Source: Candidatus Nanopelagicales bacterium
GTDB taxonomy: Bacteria > Actinomycetota > Actinomycetes > S36-B12 > UBA10799
Assembly: GCA_030157755.1 (NCBI GenBank)
Contig: JAOAUD010000161.1
Location: 1 to 38,342 of the forward strand
Reading direction: 5' to 3'
DNA length: 38,342 nt
Shown here: positions 17,815 through 27,133 of the stretch, in pieces
How the letters are laid out: every line of letters begins with the position of its first letter
Numbering within the stretch: the stretch's first letter is position 1
Made by a program: the position numbers and the translations under genes
Notes under the pieces: model-generated
Databases searched by the model: none
Told to the model about the DNA's origin: nothing
The model's input: the letters and a program-made list of their open reading frames with translations, nothing else

Positions 17815-20100
17815 GTGCACGATCCCGGGCACCTGCTGTTTCGTCGGGCTTTGCGAGTCGCGATAGTCCTACCGCTCGCGTACTTGTTGACCGAGTACGT
17901 CCTGAAGATGCCGTACGGATCGACCTACACGGTTTTCGGCACCTTCGTGTTGCTGTCGTTCGCAGACTTCGGCGGACCAACTCGTGATCGCGCTCGTGCG
18001 TACATCGTGACCGGATTGGCCGGTCTGGTAGCGATCATTCTGGGTACGTTCGCCGCGCTCAACCCAATCGCCGCCGTTGTGTGCACGTTCATTGTTGGCG
18101 CTGGCCTCACGTACTCAGGCCTGCTGCGTGGTTATGTAGCCACGGCAACAATGGCAATCCTGCTGCCATTTGTTATCGCCGTCACTGCGGGGCCGGGCCT
18201 CGACCAGCTGCCACAACGGTTGGCGGGGTTTGTCGTTGCGATTGCGGTGTCGCTGGCCGCGGCACTGCTGATGTGGCCATCTCACACACGCTCCGCACTG
18301 AGACAACGAGTGGCAGACGCTATGGATGCGTCGGCAAATGTCATCCGGGCGATGTGGCCGCCATCGGACTCATCGGGTGGCCCCGCGATCGACCTGCAGA
18401 CCCGGCAACGCGAACTCACTGAAGCCCACCACCGAATGCGAGAACAGTTCGACGGCCAGCTCATGCGTCCCGGTAGCGCAACCTCACGCGACCGGGCCCT
18501 GCTGCAGACCATCGACGAGTTAGGCCGAATGCGAATCATCTTGCGATGGGAACCGGGATCCGGCGACTACAAAATGCCCGGCGATGAGGGTCTAGCTCGC
18601 TGTTCAGCGGAGGCGATGTCCAGTTCTGCCGATGCCATCGGCAGCGGCGGCGAGGCCCCCCATTCGAAGGCACTCGATCACCTTCGTGAGGAACATCGGC
18701 TGGAGCTTCAGAAGTGGTCACAAGAACAACTCAGCGAGGGCAACTCACAGATTGTGCGACCAACCCTCGACGCTGGATTCCACCTGAGGCTCACGGCTGC
18801 CATGGCCGAACTCATTGCGCGTCACACGAGGATCGCGGTTGGGGCTCCTGCCGAGGAACATCCCTTCGGCGGCTGGGGGCTGCCGTCAGTTGACAAGGAA
18901 CCGAGCCCCCTGAGAATTCTGCGCAACCACCTAACGTTCCGCTCGCCGTGGTTCCGAAACAGTCTGCGCGCTGGTCTTGCGCTGGCGCTGGCCGTGAGCG
19001 TCGTCTATCTGACCGGTGTGGGCCACGGGTTCTGGGTTGTCCTCGGAACATTGACAGCACTGCGACTTGACGTCCTCGGAACGAGTAAGACCGCTGTCCA
19101 AGCGATCCTCGGAACCATCGGTGGCTTCGCTGTCGGAACTGTTTTGATCTTGCTTCTCGGCAACACCCCGTGGGCCCTGTGGATACTCCTGCCGATTGCG
19201 ATCTTCCTGTCGGGGTTCACCCCGGGTGCGATCTCACTGACCGTCGGCCAGGGGTCGTTCACGGTGTTCGTCATCGTGTTCTACGGCATCGTTGCCGGAC
19301 CGTCCCTGGAGACGGGCGAATGGCGCGTTGTTGATGTGGGGATCGGGCTTGCGATCAGCTTGATCGTCAGCTTGATGATGTGGCCACGCGGCGTTGCTAC
19401 CAGAGTCAATGAATCCCTCATTGCATCCGTGCACGCCAGCACCGCGTACCTCGTTGCCGCTTACGAACGCCTCGCCAACGGGCCTTCGTCGGACAAACAG
19501 CTTGAAGCGGCTGCAACTGCCGCCGATGCTGCAGTCAGCAATGCCTACGAAAGTTTCGACCTTGCGATCGCGCAGCGCGGCTCTGGCCAGGAACTCGGAC
19601 CAACGTGGTCGTTCGTCGCAAACGCCGCCGGGCATATCAGCGCCTGCGCCGACCTAGTGGTCTTCCTTGCCACAGTCGGCAGTAACCCGACTGCGGGGTC
19701 GAATACCGGCGAGCTTCTTGTGACCTGCGCTAAGCAAGTCCAGGCAAGTGCGGATGCCGCGACCGACAACCTGTGTCCAAGTTTGACGGAGAAGCAAACC
19801 CAGGACTACTGCAATCGGCAGGCGTTCACCTCGGAACAGTTCGAACAGCCACAGGTTTCGGGGCTTGGGAACACGTTCGCGCAGTTGGAAACTCAGGTTG
19901 ATACATGCTTGGCGGATTGGCAAACCGGAGCGGCCACACCGTCTGACGACCCAGTTGGACAGCGGGCGCTGGTCCTCGTGTGGGCTGAGGAATGGCTCAT
20001 CCACTTGATGTGGGTCACCAGCAGGATTGAGGCCGCAACGACTGCTGATTCAGGGTCGGCATCGTTAATGCCGATCGAGTCCGACAAGGCCACGGCCTGA
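17815..20100 (+). CDS. FUSC family (YccS/aromatic acid exporter-like) membrane protein
   Basis: Two hydrophobic blocks separated by helical regions; SPWFRNSLRAGLALA, HGFWVVLGTLTALR, RVVDVGIG. Confidence 0.85.
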   Translation: MHDPGHLLFRRALRVAIVLPLAYLLTEYVLKMPYGSTYTVFGTFVLLSFADFGGPTRDRARAYIVTGLAGLVAIILGTFAALNPIAAVVCTFIVGAGLTYSGLLRGYVATATMAILLPFVIAVTAGPGLDQLPQRLAGFVVAIAVSLAAALLMWPSHTRSALRQRVADAMDASANVIRAMWPPSDSSGGPAIDLQTRQRELTEAHHRMREQFDGQLMRPGSATSRDRALLQTIDELGRMRIILRWEPGSGDYKMPGDEGLARCSAEAMSSSADAIGSGGEAPHSKALDHLREEHRLELQKWSQEQLSEGNSQIVRPTLDAGFHLRLTAAMAELIARHTRIAVGAPAEEHPFGGWGLPSVDKEPSPLRILRNHLTFRSPWFRNSLRAGLALALAVSVVYLTGVGHGFWVVLGTLTALRLDVLGTSKTAVQAILGTIGGFAVGTVLILLLGNTPWALWILLPIAIFLSGFTPGAISLTVGQGSFTVFVIVFYGIVAGPSLETGEWRVVDVGIGLAISLIVSLMMWPRGVATRVNESLIASVHASTAYLVAAYERLANGPSSDKQLEAAATAADAAVSNAYESFDLAIAQRGSGQELGPTWSFVANAAGHISACADLVVFLATVGSNPTAGSNTGELLVTCAKQVQASADAATDNLCPSLTEKQTQDYCNRQAFTSEQFEQPQVSGLGNTFAQLETQVDTCLADWQTGAATPSDDPVGQRALVLVWAEEWLIHLMWVTSRIEAATTADSGSASLMPIESDKATA

Positions 20101-20120
20101 CAACCGTTGTTAAACCCGGC

Positions 20121-21011
20121 TCAGACCGTTTCCAGAGCTGGGACGAGATATTCCGCAACATCGGAAATGAACGCGGGCGGAGAAGTCTGGATGGGCATCA
20201 GGTGAGCCTGGGTGATTCCCACCTCCGCGTATTGAGCAAGCTGTTCTGTCAATTCGCCGACACCATTGGCATCCGGTCGCCCTGAACCGACATAGAGGAT
20301 CGTCTTTCGGATGGCGTCGTAATCAGTTCCCTGCTCGTCGCAGTGCTCCTTCAAGACAGCCAGTTTCCGCGCGACGGTTTCCGGGCCTTCCGCACCATCA
20401 CCTGCGAAGAAATTGCAGGCGTTGCCGTATTTGGCGACCAGCCTCAACGTCTTTCGTTCCCCCGTCCCGCCGATCATGATGGGCGGGTGCGGGCGGCTTA
20501 GGGTCGCGGGATTGTTCAGGGTCTCGGCAAGCTGGTAGTGGCGGCCTTCAAACGGACCATCGTTGGAACTCCACATTTGCAGCACGATCTGGAGCGTCTC
20601 TTCAAGCTGCTCGAAGCGCGAGGCCAGCGGTGGAAAGGGAACACCGAGCGCTTCGTGTTCACGCTCGTACCACGCCGCACCAATCCCCAAGGCCGCCCGA
20701 CCCTGGGACAAGACATCCAGCGTCGTAACAATCTTCGCGAGTAACCCGGGATGGCGGTAGGTCACTCCGGTCACGAGCAGTTGCAGTTCTACCTTGGAAG
20801 TCAGACCGGCGAGATAGCCCAGAGTTGTGTAGCCCTCCAGCATCGGTTCATCCGGTCCCCCGAGCTGCTCCATCTGCAGGTAATGGTCCATCAATGACAG
20901 ATTCGCGATCCCACCGTCGTCAGCGAGCTGACCTGCTCGCGCAAGTGTCGCCGCAATACTTTCGGGTCCATCCGCGAAGGCGAAGTCCACCAAGTGCACA
21001 CCAATTTGCAT
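20121..21011 (-). CDS. LLM class F420-dependent oxidoreductase
   Basis: MDHYLQM, EGYTTLGYLA, VTGVTYRHPGLLAK, LGIGAAWYEREH, PPIMIGGTGERKTLRLVAKY; start MQIGVH at 21011. Confidence 0.9.
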   Translation of the reverse strand: MQIGVHLVDFAFADGPESIAATLARAGQLADDGGIANLSLMDHYLQMEQLGGPDEPMLEGYTTLGYLAGLTSKVELQLLVTGVTYRHPGLLAKIVTTLDVLSQGRAALGIGAAWYEREHEALGVPFPPLASRFEQLEETLQIVLQMWSSNDGPFEGRHYQLAETLNNPATLSRPHPPIMIGGTGERKTLRLVAKYGNACNFFAGDGAEGPETVARKLAVLKEHCDEQGTDYDAIRKTILYVGSGRPDANGVGELTEQLAQYAEVGITQAHLMPIQTSPPAFISDVAEYLVPALETV

Positions 21012-21110
21012 CGTTGCCCCCATCGAAGCTGGTCTACGGCGTGAATCCCGTAAGCAGGCTTCGATCGTAGTACGACATGGGACCGATTCCGCGGGGTGCT
21101 GAAAATGAAG

Positions 21111-21172
21111 GACCCTCGCCACGGAACCGGCGCGGTAACGGGGGAGAAACCGCGCGGTGCGTGACGAGGGTC
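21111..21172 (-). terminator. Long compound hairpin/terminator downstream of the secreted-protein gene
   Basis: gaccctcgccacg...gcgcggt-loop-accgcgc...cgtgacgagggtc, followed on the minus strand by cttcattttc. Confidence 0.7.
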
Positions 21173-21211
21173 GCTCAACTCAGGACAAGTCCCGAGTTAC
21201 CCCCGGCTCGA

Positions 21212-21643
21212 TCAAGCAGCAGCCAAGATCGCCTTGATCGCTGCCCGCTTCGCAGCCTTTGCAGCCTTCACTTCGGCCTTAAGGGTGGCTCGTTGGGTAG
21301 TCGTCGCATCGCGGTATGCCTTGCGTGCGGCGACGCGTTCGGCCTTGGTGGTAGCGGCAGCGCGGGCGGCCTTGTAGGTCGCGCGCTCATCGACCGTAGT
21401 GGCCAGGTACTTATCAAACGCAGCCTTCACCGCAGCGCGGTAGGTGGTCTGGATCTCCTGCTTCTGAGCGGCAGTCAGTCCTGACAACCCGTGGCCGTTG
21501 TGGCGGTGTCCGGCGCCGAATGAGGATCCAAGTCCGTGCCCGGAACCGCCCTGTGCTGATGCGCTGGTGGCCGCTGCTGGAACAAGCAGGGCCGCACCGC
21601 AGACAGAAGCGGCAATCATTGTTCGTGCTTTGCGGGAAATCAT
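21212..21643 (-). CDS. Secreted Ala/Lys/Arg-rich helical protein with His/Gly-rich N-terminus and LTxxQ motif
   Basis: aaggag RBS; signal peptide ending ASA; GHGLG..GHRHNGHG, LTAAQKQEI; related to 25625..26095. Confidence 0.8.
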   Translation of the reverse strand: MISRKARTMIAASVCGAALLVPAAATSASAQGGSGHGLGSSFGAGHRHNGHGLSGLTAAQKQEIQTTYRAAVKAAFDKYLATTVDERATYKAARAAATTKAERVAARKAYRDATTTQRATLKAEVKAAKAAKRAAIKAILAAA

Positions 21644-21798
21644 GTGGTTACTCCTTGGATCGGCAAGTAGCGGAACGTGATCTCAACCTACGCTTCGCCT
21701 GAGTGCCAAGTAAGTCTGTTCTCTACAAGTATCGGTAAAGAAACCCATCCGTTTGTAAAGGTGGTCACCGATCTAGTGGCAGCAGTCACACCGCGCGG

Positions 21799-22749
21799 CT
21801 ACTCGCCCTCCGCCGGGCGAATCACTGCCACTGGGCATACCGCGTGATGCAGGCACTGGTGAGCGACTGAACCGAGCAACATTGAACTGAAGCCACCAAG
21901 GCCGCGGGTGCCGATTACGAGTAGCTCCGCATGGTCGCCGCTCGCAACCTCGGTGAGCACCGCACTCGGGTAGCCCTCAAGGACGGCGCTGGTGACCGTC
22001 AGGGAGGTGTCAGTCGGGATGCTCCGCGCGATCGAGTCGTCCAGGACCTTCTGTGCGTGCTTCGCCAACTCCGCTTGATCACCCGCGAGGAACGGCATCG
22101 TTCCTGCCAAGCTGTCCGGTGCGGCATACGGTGGCTCCCAAGCATGGACCACGTGCAATCGCGAGCCGACGAGCCCTGCCTGGTGAGCAGCCCACGCCAA
22201 TGCCCGGTCACTGTCTGGCGATCCGTCGACTCCCACCACGATCGTCGATTGCGGTTCCCACTCCTGTTGCTTGCCAGTAATCACCACCGGGCATGGCGCG
22301 TAGGTCGCGACTTCGTCGCTGACCGATCCCAACAACAACCGCTTGAATCCACCGCGTCCACGACGCCCTACGACGATCAGGGACGCCCGATGCTCACGGG
22401 CAACTTCGATGATCGAACTAGCGCCATCGCCATCAATGACGTCAACTGTGACGTTGTCGTCAAACTTCGCCGGGATCGTTGCGCTAACGATTTCGGTCAG
22501 CATCTTGCGGGTCTCAGCGACCCCCTGCTCGTCACGGTGATGCACGACGGGCCAGGGCCAAACCGGCGCCGGAGCAACAGCTGTCACAGGAACTGGGTGA
22601 GTACGAACCAACACCACGCGAAGTCCTACCTGCATCCGGAAGGCATGTTCTGCGGCCCAGAGGAGTGCTCGTTCACTTGCGATCGACCCGTCGACACCAA
22701 CAACAACTGGACCCGCTGCTGGTTTCGTGGTTGCGTTTGGTTCAGTCAT
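21799..22749 (-). CDS. Universal stress protein with tandem USP domains
   Basis: Two VVGVDGS ... G.RG.GGF..LLGSV repeats; aggag RBS. Confidence 0.92.
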   Translation of the reverse strand: MTEPNATTKPAAGPVVVGVDGSIASERALLWAAEHAFRMQVGLRVVLVRTHPVPVTAVAPAPVWPWPVVHHRDEQGVAETRKMLTEIVSATIPAKFDDNVTVDVIDGDGASSIIEVAREHRASLIVVGRRGRGGFKRLLLGSVSDEVATYAPCPVVITGKQQEWEPQSTIVVGVDGSPDSDRALAWAAHQAGLVGSRLHVVHAWEPPYAAPDSLAGTMPFLAGDQAELAKHAQKVLDDSIARSIPTDTSLTVTSAVLEGYPSAVLTEVASGDHAELLVIGTRGLGGFSSMLLGSVAHQCLHHAVCPVAVIRPAEGE

Positions 22750-22909
22750 CGCAGACTCCTAGTCGCTTCCTGGTGGCCTACCGCCAGGTTATTCGAGGAT
22801 CGCACTGCCCCACCGACTGGTTGGCACGGGCACTCGAACCCGACAATTAATCGTTCCAGACGGGTACTAAAACCACCAGTGACATAGGTCCCCACGGTAC
22901 TTTTCTGCC

Positions 22910-23392
22910 ATGAGCCAACACGTTGCGAATCCACTTCAGTCCGTGAATCGCAAGCGATCCCTGCGAGCCTCTATCGGCATATTTGGCGCTGGCGTCATTG
23001 CTCTCGCGGTTTCTGCTTGCGGTGGAGTTGACCAGGCCAATGCGTACACAGACGCCCTCAATTCAATCCAGGTGAAGATCAACTCAGTGGTGAGCGCAAC
23101 GTCGTCTCCCGAGGCCTACGAAGCCGCACTGAACCAGAACCTGCCGGCGATCCAGTCGGATCTTCAGCAGCTCCAGGCGGCGCAAGGCAATCTCAGCGGC
23201 AACTCGCAAACGATCGCGCAGAAGTGCACCACGGATGTGCAACAGATCGTGACCGGACTTCAGTCACTCGAGACGGCTGTCAAAGCGAAGAACGAGGCCG
23301 GTGTTGAGGCTGCCCGCACTACTACCAACACCGAGATCGACTCGTTGAAGTCATGCATCGACGAATGGAACGCCAATAACGGCAAGGGCTAA
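22910..23392 (+). CDS. Hypothetical lipoprotein (helical)
   Basis: Basic N-region, hydrophobic stretch, lipobox VSAC; followed by a strong hairpin. Confidence 0.7.
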   Translation: MSQHVANPLQSVNRKRSLRASIGIFGAGVIALAVSACGGVDQANAYTDALNSIQVKINSVVSATSSPEAYEAALNQNLPAIQSDLQQLQAAQGNLSGNSQTIAQKCTTDVQQIVTGLQSLETAVKAKNEAGVEAARTTTNTEIDSLKSCIDEWNANNGKG

Positions 23393-23398
23393 ACAAAT

Positions 23399-23443
23399 GA
23401 AGAAGGTCCCCACTACGGCAATGCCGAGGTGGGGACCTTCTTC
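23399..23443. terminator. Bidirectional terminator between convergent genes
   Basis: Perfect 15-bp stem gaagaaggtccccac / gtggggaccttcttc with inner cggca/tgccg pairing. Confidence 0.85.
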
Positions 23444-23458
23444 GTTGCGGGCCAACAC

Positions 23459-23845
23459 TTAGCTGGCGAGCGCCTTTGCCTTGATCTGATCGAACTCGGC
23501 CTGCGTGATTGCACCAGAGTCGAGCAGCTTCTGAGCGTTCGCGATCTGATCGACCGTGGTTGCTCCGTCTTGATTGACGAGCTGCTTGGCGTACTCAAGT
23601 TGCTGCTTCTGCGCTTCTTCAGCCATCTGCTGGTTGCGCTTGGCCATGCCTGGTCCACGCACGATCACGTACACCAGCATCGAGATCAGCGGGATGAACA
23701 GGATGAAGATCAACCACAGCGCCTTGGCAAATCCGCCCATGTCGTGGCTGCGGAAGATGTCGAAGATGATGTTGAACAGGATCATGAAGTAGATGATCAT
23801 GAAGAAGATCACGATCAAGCTGTAGAGAAATTGCCCGAATTCCAT
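23459..23845 (-). CDS. SHOCT-domain membrane protein with PLDc_N-like transmembrane hairpin
   Basis: DIFRSHDMGGFAKALW; C-terminal DQIANAQKLLDSGAITQAEFDQIKAKAL. Confidence 0.85.
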   Translation of the reverse strand: MEFGQFLYSLIVIFFMIIYFMILFNIIFDIFRSHDMGGFAKALWLIFILFIPLISMLVYVIVRGPGMAKRNQQMAEEAQKQQLEYAKQLVNQDGATTVDQIANAQKLLDSGAITQAEFDQIKAKALAS

Positions 23846-23948
23846 TTGAGCCTCAACGTTTCTGATTGTGGGAAGGGCTGGTTTGCCCAAAAACTATTGT
23901 GCGGGGAAGCGGTTTCACCCGCCTCTATTGGATCACCAGAGTGTGTCG

Positions 23949-25460
23949 TCAAACACCCCCGACCCGTGGAACCACGACGTAGTCCGCGAGTCGCAGTTCA
24001 CGCGTGCGCCGACGAAACTCAGAAGTACGACCTGGCCACAGCGCTGTGACGCGGCCTTCGGCGTCCAGATACCAACTAGAACAACCGCCTGCCGCCCACA
24101 CGGATTGAGCCAGCCGTTGTTCCATCTCAGCGGTGAAATTTGCGAGTGCCTGCGCTCGGACATCAAGGGCACGATCCGGGTGATCAACAAGATGGCGGGC
24201 AATCGACGCCGCATACGCCGCTTGGGCTTCGATCATCACGACCATCGAGTTGTTCGCTAGCCCGGTATTGGGGCCAGTCATGAGAACGAGGTTCGGAAAC
24301 CCTGGAATGGTCGAGCCGAGGTATGCCGTCGGAGTTGTCGCTGCCATGGCTTGCGCCATCGACCTGTCGTCGGAACCGAAGATGTCAAACAGAATTGATC
24401 GCCGTTGAACTGCGAAACCTGTTGCCATCACCACCGCGTCGAACCGGTGTTCTCGCCGATTACCGTCCGCCGGCCCGACAGCAATGCCGTCTTCTGTGAA
24501 CCGATCGATGGGATCCACCACAAGATCGACGTTGTTCCGTTGGAGCGCTGGGTACCAGTCGTCCGACATGATGATGCGTTTACATCCGGCTCGGAATTTC
24601 GGCGTCACAAGCCGACGCAATTTGGCATCGTGCACCTGAGCACGAATGTGGTGGCGCCCCGTTCGTTCGACCACGCTCAACAAGCGACCGTTCTTCGTGA
24701 ACGTATCCGTGAGCATTTCGCGCCGAACGTACTCGGCCGTGCGCGTTACTGACATCGTGCCGGGGATCCGCGAATAGGTCGTGCGTAACCACTGCGGAAT
24801 CGCGCGATCTCCCCTGGGAACGACCCACGGGGCCGTGCGTTGAAAGACAGTCACGTGAGCCGCAGCATCAACGATCTCGGGGACAAGCTGAACTGCTGAT
24901 GCTCCGGTCCCAATGACACCGATGCGCTTGCCCGTTGGGTCGAAGTCCGATGGCCATTGCGCCGAGTGGAAGGTTTCACCCTCGAACGATTCGATGCCAC
25001 TGATGCGCGGTATCACCGGTTCGTTAAGCGCACCGGAGCCGACGACCAACATTCGCGCCGTGACCGTGGCGCCATCGCCCAACATCAGCAACCAATGCTG
25101 CGACGACTCGTCCCAGCGCGCGGTCTTCACGTCTGCCCGCATCCGAAGGTGTGCCGTGAGCCCAAGATCGGTGATGCAACCAGCGAGGTACTGCTGGATC
25201 TCAGGTTGCGCCGCGAACCGATCTGACCAGTCTGGCTTCGGCTTGTATGAGAACGAGTACAACGCCGACGGAACGTCACATCGGCAGCCTGGGTACCTGT
25301 TGTCGCGCCACACCCCACCGACTTCGGCTGCCCGTTCAAGGATCACGAAATCATCGATGCCCTGCTGTTTCAGGGCTGCCGCTGCACCTATCCCGGAGAA
25401 TCCGGCGCCGATGATTGCCACTTCAACTGACGCCGAGGAATGAAGCATCGGCGAGGTCAC
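23949..25460 (-). CDS. Flavin-containing monooxygenase (type I Baeyer-Villiger family)
   Basis: GAGFSG, GGVWRDNRYPGCRCD, FEGETFHSAQWP fingerprint, GTGASA, ATGF. Confidence 0.92.
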   Translation of the reverse strand: MTSPMLHSSASVEVAIIGAGFSGIGAAAALKQQGIDDFVILERAAEVGGVWRDNRYPGCRCDVPSALYSFSYKPKPDWSDRFAAQPEIQQYLAGCITDLGLTAHLRMRADVKTARWDESSQHWLLMLGDGATVTARMLVVGSGALNEPVIPRISGIESFEGETFHSAQWPSDFDPTGKRIGVIGTGASAVQLVPEIVDAAAHVTVFQRTAPWVVPRGDRAIPQWLRTTYSRIPGTMSVTRTAEYVRREMLTDTFTKNGRLLSVVERTGRHHIRAQVHDAKLRRLVTPKFRAGCKRIIMSDDWYPALQRNNVDLVVDPIDRFTEDGIAVGPADGNRREHRFDAVVMATGFAVQRRSILFDIFGSDDRSMAQAMAATTPTAYLGSTIPGFPNLVLMTGPNTGLANNSMVVMIEAQAAYAASIARHLVDHPDRALDVRAQALANFTAEMEQRLAQSVWAAGGCSSWYLDAEGRVTALWPGRTSEFRRRTRELRLADYVVVPRVGGV

Positions 25461-25624
25461 GCGATCAATTATCAGTTGCCGGCATCCATCCGGGTGAAGC
25501 CGACCCGGCTCGCTGATGCGTTTGGGTGTATTGGCGCGATTTGGCGTAGTCGCCCTCAGTCCAGCGAGTCGACGAGACGATGCCTAGTCATCAGTCTGAC
25601 CAACTGATCGAACGGAGTCGAACA

Positions 25625-26095
25625 ATGAAACGAACAACTCGCATCGTGGGGGCAGCAACTGTTGCGCTTGGCCTCACGCTGACATCAGTGGGAACGGCGG
25701 CCGTCAGCACAGCTGCGCCTCGCCCCGCCACCGCGCATCGGGCTCTCACGCCCACACAAGAGCAATGTCTTACTGACGCGCTTACTGGCCTGCTCGCCGC
25801 GAGAGCGGATGCCCGGGCAGTTCGCAGAGCCGCGCGAGCAGATGCCCGGGCCGCGTACCGCAGTTCGCTGGCACAAGCAGTTGATGTGCGCGATGCAGCA
25901 CTAGCCGCTGCGACGAATCGTGGAGAGCGAGTCGCTGCGCTTCGGGCTTACGAAACGACTGCGGACAGTCTGCGCCGCACCTTGCGTCAGGCTCGACGGG
26001 CCGCCGATCAGGCACTGAATGCGGCATATCGGGAAGCACGTGCGGCGTACCGACAGGACCGCAAAGTGTGCCTGGATCCACCGCCAACCAGCTGA
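25625..26095 (+). CDS. Secreted Ala/Arg-rich helical protein with LTxxQ motif
   Basis: ggag RBS; signal peptide MKRTTRIVGAA...STA; LTPTQEQC; AAATNRGERVAALRAY shared with 21212..21643; two Cys near the ends of the mature protein. Confidence 0.75.
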   Translation: MKRTTRIVGAATVALGLTLTSVGTAAVSTAAPRPATAHRALTPTQEQCLTDALTGLLAARADARAVRRAARADARAAYRSSLAQAVDVRDAALAAATNRGERVAALRAYETTADSLRRTLRQARRAADQALNAAYREARAAYRQDRKVCLDPPPTS

Positions 26096-26098
26096 GCG

Positions 26099-26896
26099 CT
26101 AGTTGCCCTCAGGTCCACAGCCCTTAAAGCAACGTTGCGGTTCTCCACGCCATTGCGTGAAGAACGGTGGAAGTTCGCCGTATTCGCCGGACTTCCATTT
26201 CAGTCCTGACCACTCCAGGTGCAGGTGCTGTTCGGACGCCCGGCACTTGTTGAACTCACCGGACGTACCAGAACATCCGACAGCTCCGATCTGGGTGCCA
26301 GCGGCAACCGGACCGGGCTTGACGGTGATCTCCTTCAGGTGCGCGTAGATCGCTTTTGTTCCGTCACGGAACTTGATGACGACGTAGTTGCCGTAGCTAC
26401 TCGGTGCGTAGGGCGGAATCTTCACAACGCCGTCAGCCATGGCGTACACGGGTTCGCCGATGGGCGCGAACAGGTCCATGCACTTGCCCACGTACGTGCA
26501 CGAATGCAGACCGATGCCGCCGAGGTAGTAGGCATGGCCGCCATCGCGGAAGCGCGTAATCGGAGCGGCGAACGATCCAAGGGTCGGGTGAGTGCCGATG
26601 ATCGGGGATGCCGGACTTGCGGCCGCGGGTGCTGCAGCGATACCGGCCGCAGAATCCGCGCCGATGCGCGACGCGAGCTCGCCGCCATTGGCTGATTCGA
26701 GGCGAGCGAACGTGCTCAGCCACGATGTCGATGAGGAACTCGCGGCGGCGGGCACCGAGGCAGCGAGGCCTGCTTGCAGCGGCTCACCGTCGGTGAGCGA
26801 ATCGTTGGCAGCCGAACTGTTGACGCCGGCAAGAGTGATGCCGATTGCCAACAGACCGATGACAAGGGCATGCGAACGTAAACTGTGGTGCTTCAT
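26099..26896 (-). CDS. Secreted M23 family metallopeptidase (LytM-like)
   Basis: Signal peptide; DLFAPIGEPVYAMADG, YGNYVVI, YAHL, IGAVGCSG, HLHLE. Confidence 0.82.
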   Translation of the reverse strand: MKHHSLRSHALVIGLLAIGITLAGVNSSAANDSLTDGEPLQAGLAASVPAAASSSSTSWLSTFARLESANGGELASRIGADSAAGIAAAPAAASPASPIIGTHPTLGSFAAPITRFRDGGHAYYLGGIGLHSCTYVGKCMDLFAPIGEPVYAMADGVVKIPPYAPSSYGNYVVIKFRDGTKAIYAHLKEITVKPGPVAAGTQIGAVGCSGTSGEFNKCRASEQHLHLEWSGLKWKSGEYGELPPFFTQWRGEPQRCFKGCGPEGN

Positions 26897-27133
26897 GTGG
26901 ATTGCTCTCAATAGCGCTTGAATCGCGCGTCGGGGCTCTTGATCTTCTTTATCGAGGCTAAGCGTGAAATCGCGATTCCTGGCTCGGGGTTAGCGTTATG
27001 TGACCCAGCTAACGCAGGAGATTTGCCCAGATAACCGGACATTTGCGCACACATCGACGTCACGCACCACCCGTTCGGCGGCGCCCGAAATCCGGGATCG
27101 CTCGTACGAACGTATGAGAAAGCTTCGCCAGCT

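Noticed and set aside
21700-21762. Repeated gtaaag/gtaag words upstream of the His-rich secreted protein as a response-regulator site
   Set aside because: Irregular spacing and short match; not supportable without comparative data
21931-22887. 318-aa antisense ORF
   Set aside because: Lies opposite the well-supported USP gene; no motifs
26897-27133. c-di-AMP (ydaO) riboswitch upstream of the M23 peptidase
   Set aside because: The conserved GCYGAAUC / GGGAACC / CCCGNCAGCUAAC elements are not present on the minus strand
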